A stretch of DNA of 64,000 nt from Verrucomicrobiales bacterium (GTDB lineage: Bacteria; Verrucomicrobiota; Verrucomicrobiia; Verrucomicrobiales; V1-33): contig JAGNEJ010000002.1 of NCBI GenBank assembly GCA_018003315.1, forward strand, positions 27,267-91,266, read 5' to 3'. The notes under the pieces are model-generated. The model worked only from the letters and a program-made list of their open reading frames with translations. It searched no databases and had not been told where the DNA came from. Position 1 is the stretch's first letter. Each line of letters begins with the position of its first letter. Shown piece by piece: positions 1 through 7,902 of the stretch. The position numbers and the translations under genes were made by a program.

Positions 1-3000
1 ACCAGGAGTTGCAGCAGACGCGCGCGTTCCTCCGCCGGGAGCACCCGCAGGGCCGCCGTTTCCCGATCCATCTTCGCCCCGGCACAGGCAGCGACCAGTT
101 TGCCGGCAAGGGAACCATCCAGCGTCTCCCCACTGGTGAGCCGCCAGATGCGCGCGGTGAAATCGCCGCCGGCAGTCACCAGAAACGAGCCGTCCGGACT
201 GAAGCCGGCCTTTTCAATCCCTGCATCCTGACAAATCGGGATGCCGACCCCCCGCTGCGATTGCACGTCCCAAAACCGGACACCGGACGAGGAAACCGTG
301 AGCAGGCGGCTGCGGTCCCTGCTGCACTGAAGCCAGGAGGCGACTCCGCCATTTTCCAGCCCTCCCACTGTCTCCCCGGTGACGGCATTCCAGATGCGGA
401 CGACCGCATCCCCGCCGCCTGCCGTGAAAATGCGCGAGCCGTCCCCGCTGAACCGGGCGCCGAAAATGCGGTCCTTGTGCCGAATGACAGGACCAGCCGG
501 CAGGTTTCCCGCTCCATTCCACACCCTGACAATTCCATCCGAATCGCCGCTGAGAAACCGTCCGCCATCCGGACTGAAATCGCCGACCGTCAGCGAAGCG
601 CCTCCGAGCAGGCTGGATCCATTCGGAAACCGGGCAATATTCGATCCTGATTCCGCATCCCACAGCAGCGTCACATCCCCCTCTTTGGAAAACTGGCTTT
701 TCAGGGTGCCTGTTAGGATGCGCCTGCCGTCGGGACTGTAGCGGGCAAACTCGACATGGCTGTCATGCTTTAGTGGCGCACCCAATGGCTGCCCGTCCCT
801 GGCGCTCCATTGCCGGGCGGTTTGATCCCAGCTCGCCGTGAGGATGCGCGCGCCGTCCGGGCTGAATTCGGCATCCGTCACAAAACTCTCATGCTTCAGG
901 ACAAATTCCGGCTGGGCCGCTTCCAGCACCCGCCAAACCCGCGCCGCCCCATCGTCACAGGCAGTGACCATGCGCATTCCGTCCGGACTGAGGTCCGCAC
1001 TGCGCACCCGCTTCCGATGCGCCAGCGACAACCCGGAAGACTGCCCCCATCCAGCCTGCCAGAGGTGCGCGGTTCCGCCAGCCTCCGCCGTCAGCACCTT
1101 GGTTCCGTCAGGGCTGAACGCCGCGCTCCAGACACTGGCTCGATGCCGGAAGGGAGGCCCGAGCGGCTTCCCGGTGGAAGCATCCCAGATTTGCGCCTTC
1201 CGGTCCGCGCTGGCGGTGAGCACCCGCGTGCCATCTGCACTGAAACAGACGGAAAGAATGCTCCCGGCATGTTCCATGGCGCTTCCGATGGACGTTCCAG
1301 TGGCCGCATCCCAGAGGTGAGCGGCATGATTCCAGTCAGTGGTGACGACGCGTGTCCCCTCAGGGCTGAAGCGGGCGAAGTCCACGAAGGAGGCCCCGTG
1401 GCTCATGGGCGTGCCGGCCGGCTGGCCGCTGGCGGCATCCCAGACCTGTGCGGCCCCATCCCAGCTCGCCGTCAGCAGCCGGGAATTGTCAGGACTGAAA
1501 CTGACCGCAGTGATCCGGCTGCGATGCTGCACTGTCGCCACCAGGCTCCCCTGCGCGGCATTCCAGATCCGGGCCGCATTGTCCGCGGCTGCCGTGGCCA
1601 CGCGGGTGCCGTCCGGGCTGAACGCAACCAAGTGAACCGCTGATGCGTGGGGCAGCCCGAATCCCTCGGGTTTGCCCGTCGCGAGGTCCCAGATCCGTGC
1701 CGTTTTGTCGGAACTTGCCGTAGCCACCCTGCTCCGATCCGCATTGAAGACAGCCATTTCGACCTTATCCTGATGGGCGAGCGGCGGACCGGCCTGACGC
1801 CCGGTTTGCGCATCCCACACCATGGCGGCGTGGTCCGTCCCGAAAGTGACAATCCGGGAACCGTCAGGGCTGAAACCGGCCTTCAGCGGGGGCTTGATGG
1901 CACTCTGAACTCGCGCAAGAAAAGGATTTTCTGGAAGCGGATCCAGCAGGGAAGCAGGCGTTTTTCCCGTCAGCAGCGACGGCGTTTTTGGGAAACCATT
2001 GCGCGGGATGAGTCCGAACCGGGAAATGCCTCCGGGACCTGCGTGCCGCATCGGTTCGGCAACGGGTTTCCCCGTTTCCGCATTCCACAGCCTTGCCGTG
2101 TCGTCATCGCCAATAGTTAGCACCAGCGAGCCGTCCGGACTGTAGGCGGCGCTGCGCAGGCCGTTGACGGGCGGAAGGGAACGCAGGAGCAGCGTGCTGG
2201 CATCCGGCCTGCCGTAACGGATCGCCATCCAGAGGGTGTCCTGCGCTTCCTGGTTGTCCGGATCATAACGGACGGCCCGGCCGAGATACGCGCAGGCTTC
2301 CTGCCATTTGCCCTCATCCATTCTGGCCTGGGCGGCGGCCACGTCGGATCGGCTGGCTTCCTGGAGTTGCTGGCGGGCCCGGGTGCGCTCGGCATCGGCC
2401 ACGGCGGTCTGCGTGATGGCGCGCCTCCGCTCGCGCAGCGCCCAGAACATGAGCGCAAGGGAAATCCCCGCAACCGCCAGCGCCGCTGAAGTCCACGCCA
2501 GGGCGCGGCGGCGGCGGCGGCGGAGATGGCGTTCCGAACGGCGCACCACGGCGAGACGGGCCAGGGTGTCATGACTGAATTCCAGGCGGGCGATGCCATT
2601 GCGCTCCTCAATGAGCAGGATGCGATCCTCCACCAGCGCCTGGAGCCGGGTCCTGACATCCGCCGCGGAACCCAGCGTGGAGAGCGCGGAATCCAGCGTC
2701 ACCGTCTCACGCAGTCCGGATTCGGAAGCCAGTGCATCTTCCAGAAACTCACAAAGCGCCCGGGGATGACGCCGGGTTTTCTCCGCATAGAAATCCGCCA
2801 GAATGCGGGATGCCTCGCCCGGAGCGAAATCGGCGGATGAAATGGAGACCTGCGGCTCTCCGGTGCGGGGCTCCGGGCCGAAACGCCGTGCGTTGAGCCG
2901 CTCGCACAGCAGGCTGAGGATGGGCGGAACGGCCTTGATTTCCTCCAGCGGACATTCCGGATCCGCACCGGCTGCCGCCCTGACAATGGAAGCAGCGATG

Positions 3001-3899
3001 TCCGGAGCGATGATGGGCGGCAGTCCGGGGCGTTTGGTGCCGGGTTCGAAAACCGCCCGGAACGCCTGCGGACCGGAAAGCAGCCGCAGTTCGATCCGGT
3101 GTTCCATCATTCCGGGCATGGTCCGCCGCCAGCGCTCCAGGCGGCCCAGATAATCCTCCCGCAGCGCCACCACCATGCGCACCGGCCGGGACTGGAAATC
3201 GAAACGCCGCAGCAAGGCGCGCTTTTCCTCAGCGTTTCCCTTTTCCAGCCGCTGGCGCAGGGCGGCAGGCGGGCGGTTTTCCACTAGGTCGGCAAGTTCC
3301 GTTAGGAAAATGCGGGCATGCTCCCTGGCCCGCCCATCGTTGACGGGATGGCCGGTGGAACAGTCCTCCCCCTTGACAAAAATCTCCTCAAACTGGTCCA
3401 GCACCAGCACGGGAAACCGGAACGCCGAATCCTCCTCCTCCAGCGTGCGGTCGCACCAGGGCTGACGGCGGTCATGGAAAAACTCCCAGAGCGAGACCGC
3501 CTGCGGCGCAGCGTCCCCTGCCGGTTCGGATGCTGCTCCCGCGCCTCCCGGCAGCACCGTTCCGGGAATTTCCCGGACCACATCCGCGAGAATGTCCCCG
3601 GTCAAAGGGCGTTCTGGCAGGTCATCATAACAACGGCGCAGGAAGACCACGGGATGGCCGGCATCGCGCAATTCGGGAATCAGCCCCGCGCCCAGCAGGG
3701 AAGATTTTCCGTAGCCGGACACTCCGTACAGCACCGTCAGCGCCGCCCGTTTCGCCCGGTCGGCCAGTTCCCGAATCTCCGCATCGCGCCCGTAGAAATA
3801 GTCGCGGCATTCCGCAGTAAAGGCTGCGAGCCCAAGCCACGGGCATTCCGGCGTCACCAGGGGCGCCGCGCCGGAAACGGATAGGGGCGTCTGGCTCAT
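1..3899 (-). CDS. STAND-class P-loop NTPase (nSTAND1-like) with hydrophobic linker helix and long C-terminal WD40 repeat array; 3' end outside window
   Basis: Absent from the ORF track because no stop lies in the window. My hand translation of the minus strand from ATG 3899-3897 stays open to position 1. N-terminus is MSQTPLSV..CPWLGLAAFTAECRDYFYGRDAEIRELADR. Walker A is LYGVSGYGKSSLLGAG and the Walker B-like motif is FPVLVLDQFEEIF. An RRRRRR run is followed by the hydrophobic helix ALAWTSAALAVAGISLALMFWAL. WD40 units were read directly, for example YSPDGSLVLTIGDDDTARLWN (~2150), EFSPDGARILTASWDQTARQW and GFSPDGSFLVTAGGDFTARIW (~209). The start overlaps the upstream stop (ATGA 3896-3899). Confidence 0.85.
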   Translation of the reverse strand, partial: MSQTPLSVSGAAPLVTPECPWLGLAAFTAECRDYFYGRDAEIRELADRAKRAALTVLYGVSGYGKSSLLGAGLIPELRDAGHPVVFLRRCYDDLPERPLTGDILADVVREIPGTVLPGGAGAASEPAGDAAPQAVSLWEFFHDRRQPWCDRTLEEEDSAFRFPVLVLDQFEEIFVKGEDCSTGHPVNDGRAREHARIFLTELADLVENRPPAALRQRLEKGNAEEKRALLRRFDFQSRPVRMVVALREDYLGRLERWRRTMPGMMEHRIELRLLSGPQAFRAVFEPGTKRPGLPPIIAPDIAASIVRAAAGADPECPLEEIKAVPPILSLLCERLNARRFGPEPRTGEPQVSISSADFAPGEASRILADFYAEKTRRHPRALCEFLEDALASESGLRETVTLDSALSTLGSAADVRTRLQALVEDRILLIEERNGIARLEFSHDTLARLAVVRRSERHLRRRRRRALAWTSAALAVAGISLALMFWALRERRRAITQTAVADAERTRARQQLQEASRSDVAAAQARMDEGKWQEACAYLGRAVRYDPDNQEAQDTLWMAIRYGRPDASTLLLRSLPPVNGLRSAAYSPDGSLVLTIGDDDTARLWNAETGKPVAEPMRHAGPGGISRFGLIPRNGFPKTPSLLTGKTPASLLDPLPENPFLARVQSAIKPPLKAGFSPDGSRIVTFGTDHAAMVWDAQTGRQAGPPLAHQDKVEMAVFNADRSRVATASSDKTARIWDLATGKPEGFGLPHASAVHLVAFSPDGTRVATAAADNAARIWNAAQGSLVATVQHRSRITAVSFSPDNSRLLTASWDGAAQVWDAASGQPAGTPMSHGASFVDFARFSPEGTRVVTTDWNHAAHLWDAATGTSIGSAMEHAGSILSVCFSADGTRVLTASADRKAQIWDASTGKPLGPPFRHRASVWSAAFSPDGTKVLTAEAGGTAHLWQAGWGQSSGLSLAHRKRVRSADLSPDGMRMVTACDDGAARVWRVLEAAQPEFVLKHESFVTDAEFSPDGARILTASWDQTARQWSARDGQPLGAPLKHDSHVEFARYSPDGRRILTGTLKSQFSKEGDVTLLWDAESGSNIARFPNGSSLLGGASLTVGDFSPDGGRFLSGDSDGIVRVWNGAGNLPAGPVIRHKDRIFGARFSGDGSRIFTAGGGDAVVRIWNAVTGETVGGLENGGVASWLQCSRDRSRLLTVSSSGVRFWDVQSQRGVGIPICQDAGIEKAGFSPDGSFLVTAGGDFTARIWRLTSGETLDGSLAGKLVAACAGAKMDRETAALRVLPAEERARLLQLL

Positions 3900-5233
3900 G
3901 GTTTTGTCAGCAGTCGGCGCTGCAGGTTGGCGAGTCTTTCCACGAAAGCCTGGCTGCATTCGCCTCCGGGGGCTCTTTCCGCATCGATCTTCGCAAACGC
4001 CCGGGGTTCGTGGCGGAGCGGAAACGTCACCCCGGCGTCAATGACCACGGGAAAGTAAAACGGGCGGTCCTCCGGCATCGAGGCAAACCGTTCCGCAGCC
4101 CAGCGGCGTTCCTTGTGAAAATAGGCCTCGTTGCGGCTTTCCGTGGTGAGGGAAATGGCGGACACAAAGAATCCACAGTGCCTGCGCACTGCATCCTCGA
4201 GGTTGTTTTCAAAATTGTCCCCGCAAGTGAGCCGTTCATCATCCAGCCAGACCACACACCCGGCCGCGCGCAGTTTCTCCACCAGCCGGAAGACCGGAGC
4301 CGCATCGGAATGGGCGTAGCTGATGAAGACGGACCCGTCTGGAACCACCGGTTCCATCAGGGGAATGTGCAGATTTGTCCCCGGAACCATTCCGGCCGTC
4401 AGTGGCGGTTCCAGCGCCGCAGCACGGCGGCAAAATTCATGGGCAAATGCCACCGGCGACACCGGAAGGACTTCGATGCCCCGTTTCAGACTGTCGTAAA
4501 AGATGACCGCATCCTCCAGGCTGGGCGGAGCGGCATCCGCCAGCAGCAGATTCCGCCCTGCACCTTCGGTCAGGGGCCGCTGGCGAATGGCCCGGAAAAG
4601 AAACCGCACCATCCAGTCCGACAGTTGCGCGCCGATGATGAGCAGGTTGTTTTCCGCCAGGCACCTGCCCAGGTGATTGAGCGCCGGAAGCTGGCGCTGC
4701 AGTTGATAGACGAATTCCACGGCATCCGCATCCCACAGGTGAAAACCCGGATTCGGCGACGCCTTTCCAAACAGATACCCCAGCACGGTTCCGGAGGTGG
4801 CAGGCAGATCCTCCGCCGGACGGTCCAGTGAAAAATTCCAGATCTTCACCACCGGGCGGCCCGCGCCCCGGGTCACGTTGAGCGCCCGCTCCAGCAGCGG
4901 ATCGAACGCCAGAGTGAAAAACAGGCGGCATTGCGAAACCGCAGCCAGCTCCAGCAACAGCCGGCCCGGCTGCAGATTGGAAGCATCCAGCACCTCGTCC
5001 ACGGCGAGGCACACATCCTCGACGCTGCCCTGCGCTCTGAGATGGGCACAGACCACCGCATGCAGGCTTGTGAAAGCGCCGGTGATCCCGAGGGCATCCG
5101 CCACCTTCGCCACCATCCAGGGGCGCAACAGCGCATCCTCCTCGCCAAAGGTCACCGCCCCGGCACCCAGCACGGGTATGAGGGTGCGAGCCTTCAAAAA
5201 CCGGTCGATTTTGCGCCAGAAGTCCTCAGTCAT
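3896..5233 (-). CDS. two-domain protein: N-terminal SIR2-like (SIR2_2-type) module fused to C-terminal TIR domain
   Basis: ORF 3896..5488. The upstream 85 codons look non-coding, and ATG at 5233 gives MTEDFWRKIDRF. SIR2_2-like motifs are LIPVLGAGAVTFGE, FFTLAFDPLLERAL and NNLLIIGAQLSDWMVRFLF. The TIR region is VFISYAHSDAAPVFRLVEKLRAAGCVVWLDDERLTCGDNFENNLEDAVRRHCGFFVSAISLTTESRNEAYFHKERRWAAER. Confidence 0.8.
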   Translation of the reverse strand: MTEDFWRKIDRFLKARTLIPVLGAGAVTFGEEDALLRPWMVAKVADALGITGAFTSLHAVVCAHLRAQGSVEDVCLAVDEVLDASNLQPGRLLLELAAVSQCRLFFTLAFDPLLERALNVTRGAGRPVVKIWNFSLDRPAEDLPATSGTVLGYLFGKASPNPGFHLWDADAVEFVYQLQRQLPALNHLGRCLAENNLLIIGAQLSDWMVRFLFRAIRQRPLTEGAGRNLLLADAAPPSLEDAVIFYDSLKRGIEVLPVSPVAFAHEFCRRAAALEPPLTAGMVPGTNLHIPLMEPVVPDGSVFISYAHSDAAPVFRLVEKLRAAGCVVWLDDERLTCGDNFENNLEDAVRRHCGFFVSAISLTTESRNEAYFHKERRWAAERFASMPEDRPFYFPVVIDAGVTFPLRHEPRAFAKIDAERAPGGECSQAFVERLANLQRRLLTKP

Positions 5234-5565
5234 GGAAGCGTTTTCTGCCGGCCGGACCTGGTTACAACCCCGGGGATCCACTGTCCATGACCCCTTCCGG
5301 GTTTGCCCACCAGGGCTGGTCCGCATTGTGGACGGCCGAACAACGATAACCGGGTTGCCACCTGCTGGTCCAGCATTACTTTCTCCGCCCCATGCTAGCC
5401 GGGGCATCGCGTGAAAGAAGCTACGGGAAGCCCATTGCGCCCTTGGGGATCGCGTGCATAGTCGCACTTTCCCATTCTCCAACTTCAAACCCCACCCCAG
5501 CCAGCGGCGGCATTTTCTGCAATCCTCTCCCGGCTGAGATTCTCCGCTTCCGCTTCCACATTCAC

Positions 5566-7437
5566 ATGGCCACTACCACTGAAATCAACCCGCTGCCCAA
5601 GGAACTTGATGCCGGCATGATGATCCGGCGCGCCCTGTTTCTGCTCGTGCTGGTGCTGCTGACTCTTTATTATCTGGCCTATGATTTCAAAGGACTCTCC
5701 CACCCCATCGGGATGGAGCAGGCCACCGTAGGGCGCCAGATCGCCCGCGGGGAAAAATACATGACCAAAAGCATCATTCCGGTGCGCCTGGCACAGATCA
5801 ACGAACACCTGGCCGAGGAGGAGGGCGAGGGCAAGACGGTGAAATTTTCCCAGGTTCCGGAAACCTACCATGCCCCGCTCAACCCGATGCTCAACTCCAT
5901 GATCCTGAGCATCAACCCCGACCTCTGGAAGTGGGAGCAGAAAGGCGTGATCTACACGCCGGACATCCTGATCGCGGGCATGGCCATGGTGCTGCTGCTC
6001 AGCTCCATCGGCGTCACCTACCTGCTGGTGTCGCGGATTTTCGACACCCGCATTGCGGGCGTGACGGCCTTTCTGATGCTTCTCTGCCAGCTGCTGTGGC
6101 GTTACGCGCAAAGCGGGCTTCCGCAGATGCTCATGCTGTTTTTGTTTTCCTTCGCCACCTACTTCCTCTACAAGGCCGTGGAAAACCAGCAGCAGGGCCG
6201 CCCCATCTACGTTTGGATTTGTCTTGCCGCCGGGTTCTTCGCCCTGCTTGCGCTCAGTCACTGGCTGGCGGTGTGGCTGTTTCTGGGTTTGGCGGTTTTT
6301 TCCGCATTTTACTTCAAGCCCAAAGGCATCCAGACCGCGCTTCTGGTCGCCATTTTCGGCCTGGTCTGCCTGTTCTGGGCGTTTCACAATTACCGAAATA
6401 CCGGCGACATTCTCGGTGCCGGACGCTATGCGTTTTATTCCGGCCTGGCTGTCGGCAGTGAAAACCAACTGCTGCGCGACTTCGAGCAGCGCTCCGGCAT
6501 CCTGACATTCGACGGTCTCGGCAGAAAGATCATCATCAACTTCCTCGGCCAGCTCACCAGCCTTTACGGCTACCTCGGCAGCATTGTGGTGGCCCCGCTG
6601 TTCTTCCTCAGCCTGCTCCACCCGTTCCGGCGCAAGGAAATCGCGGATTTCCGGTGGTGCGTGCTGGCCATGTGGGTCTTCGGAACCATCGGCATGTCGC
6701 TCTTCGGCATCAAGCCGTTCTCTTCGCTCAACACCAACGACGTGGTGGAGCTGAATGCCGCCACGGACTCCAACAACCTGCACGTCCTGTTCATTCCGCT
6801 GTTCACCGCTTACGGACTGGCCTTGCTTTCCGTGCTCTGGAACCGGCTCAACCTGCCCATGCACCAGACCATTGTGCGCAACGGACACTTTGTGCTTGCC
6901 ATTCTGGTCAGCGCCCTGCCGTTCATGTTGGGCATGCCCATGAACCTGCTCTACACCGCCCAGCTCCCCCGCCAGGCCAAATGCTACCACCCTTACTACA
7001 TTCCCCGGTCCATCGGTTCACTGACCGCCGCCCTGAAGGAAAACGAAGTGATCGTCACCGACATTCCGTGGGCGACGGCGTGGTATGCCGACCGGCTGTC
7101 CATCTGGGTTCCGAAGAACAAGAAGCAGTTTTACAAGCTGCAGGAATACGGAAGGAGCCACGGGGAGGAAATTGCAGGCATTCTCTTTACCGCGACCACC
7201 ATGCGCGCCCCCATTGATGAAATCACCAATGTCAGCGCGGGGGAAGGCAGCTACACCGACTGGCAGGAAGTCATCCTGCGCTGGCCGATCAGCGCCCACA
7301 CCGGCGGCATCGACATCATGCAAAATCAGTCGGAATTCCCCTTCAAGCAGGCCCTGCCCGTGGGTGGAAACATTTTTTACACCGACGCAGGCCACGCCGA
7401 AGCCTATCTGGAGGATTTGAAATCGACCCGCGACTAA
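5566..7437 (+). CDS. polytopic membrane protein, GT-C/ArnT-PMT-like glycosyltransferase layout (putative)
   Basis: ORF 5392..7437. ATG 5566 gives MATTTEINPLPKEL. There are more than 10 hydrophobic segments (LFLLVLVLLTLYYLAY, IAGMAMVLLLSSIGVTYLLV, LALSHWLAVWLFLGLAVFSAFYF) followed by a soluble C-terminal domain. No clear DE motif, so function is tentative. Confidence 0.6.
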   Translation: MATTTEINPLPKELDAGMMIRRALFLLVLVLLTLYYLAYDFKGLSHPIGMEQATVGRQIARGEKYMTKSIIPVRLAQINEHLAEEEGEGKTVKFSQVPETYHAPLNPMLNSMILSINPDLWKWEQKGVIYTPDILIAGMAMVLLLSSIGVTYLLVSRIFDTRIAGVTAFLMLLCQLLWRYAQSGLPQMLMLFLFSFATYFLYKAVENQQQGRPIYVWICLAAGFFALLALSHWLAVWLFLGLAVFSAFYFKPKGIQTALLVAIFGLVCLFWAFHNYRNTGDILGAGRYAFYSGLAVGSENQLLRDFEQRSGILTFDGLGRKIIINFLGQLTSLYGYLGSIVVAPLFFLSLLHPFRRKEIADFRWCVLAMWVFGTIGMSLFGIKPFSSLNTNDVVELNAATDSNNLHVLFIPLFTAYGLALLSVLWNRLNLPMHQTIVRNGHFVLAILVSALPFMLGMPMNLLYTAQLPRQAKCYHPYYIPRSIGSLTAALKENEVIVTDIPWATAWYADRLSIWVPKNKKQFYKLQEYGRSHGEEIAGILFTATTMRAPIDEITNVSAGEGSYTDWQEVILRWPISAHTGGIDIMQNQSEFPFKQALPVGGNIFYTDAGHAEAYLEDLKSTRD

Positions 7438-7538
7438 CCGCCGTCCACGTTCCCGGCGCGGATGCCGCCCGCAAAACCCCTTGAGTTTTAGCAGGGCAAG
7501 GCAGATGCTTTCCATCCCCAAAAACCTGCTTTCTGCCC

Positions 7539-7898
7539 ATGACCCGCCGCAAGTCATCCGATCCCCCTGCCGCCGCTTCACCTCCCAGTTTCGAGGAAGC
7601 GCTGGGCGAACTGGAGGGGATCGTCCAGGCGATGGACAGCGAGCGGATGCCGCTGGAGGAAATGCTGGCAAAATACGAACGGGGACACCAGTTGCTGCAG
7701 TTTTGCCAGTCACAGATGGCATCCGCCCAGCAGCGCATTGACCTGATCACTTCGGGCCGCGGCGGGTTGAGCCTGCAGCCATTCCCCGCCGCTGGAAATG
7801 CCGCCGCTCCCGCCGCTCCCGCCGATGCCGACTCCCGCGGCAGTTCCGCCGGCAGGCCCACCCCACCCACTGGAGAAGATGACCTCCGCCTCCTCTGA
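7539..7898 (+). CDS. xseB: exodeoxyribonuclease VII small subunit with Ala/Pro-rich C-terminal tail
   Basis: SFEEALGELEGIVQAMDSERMPLEEMLAKYERGHQLLQFCQSQMASAQQRIDLI matches the XseB helical hairpin. It sits immediately upstream of dxs, a common arrangement. Confidence 0.85.
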   Translation: MTRRKSSDPPAAASPPSFEEALGELEGIVQAMDSERMPLEEMLAKYERGHQLLQFCQSQMASAQQRIDLITSGRGGLSLQPFPAAGNAAAPAAPADADSRGSSAGRPTPPTGEDDLRLL

Positions 7899-7902
7899 GA
7901 AC

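Noticed and set aside
9-2120. Plus-strand ORFs 9..650, 379..741, 810..1643, 838..1320, 1339..1635 and 1647..2120, with repetitive R/P/G-rich products
   Set aside because: They are antisense or frame-shifted shadows of the WD40 repeat region of the minus-strand STAND gene, which reads FSPDG..W motifs. Their periodic similarity reflects the WD40 repeats on the other strand.
5485-6990. 501-aa minus-strand ORF antisense to the GT-C-like membrane gene
   Set aside because: Its composition is dominated by G/H/Q/E/R with no recognisable motif, whereas the plus-strand frame gives coherent TM helices. This is a typical high-GC antisense ORF.
7798-7902. Upstream extension of the dxs ORF (MPPLPPLPPMPTPAAV..) that overlaps xseB by about 100 nt
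   Set aside because: It is a Pro-rich out-of-frame reading of the xseB tail. Alignment to known Dxs N-termini starts at the ATG at 7903.
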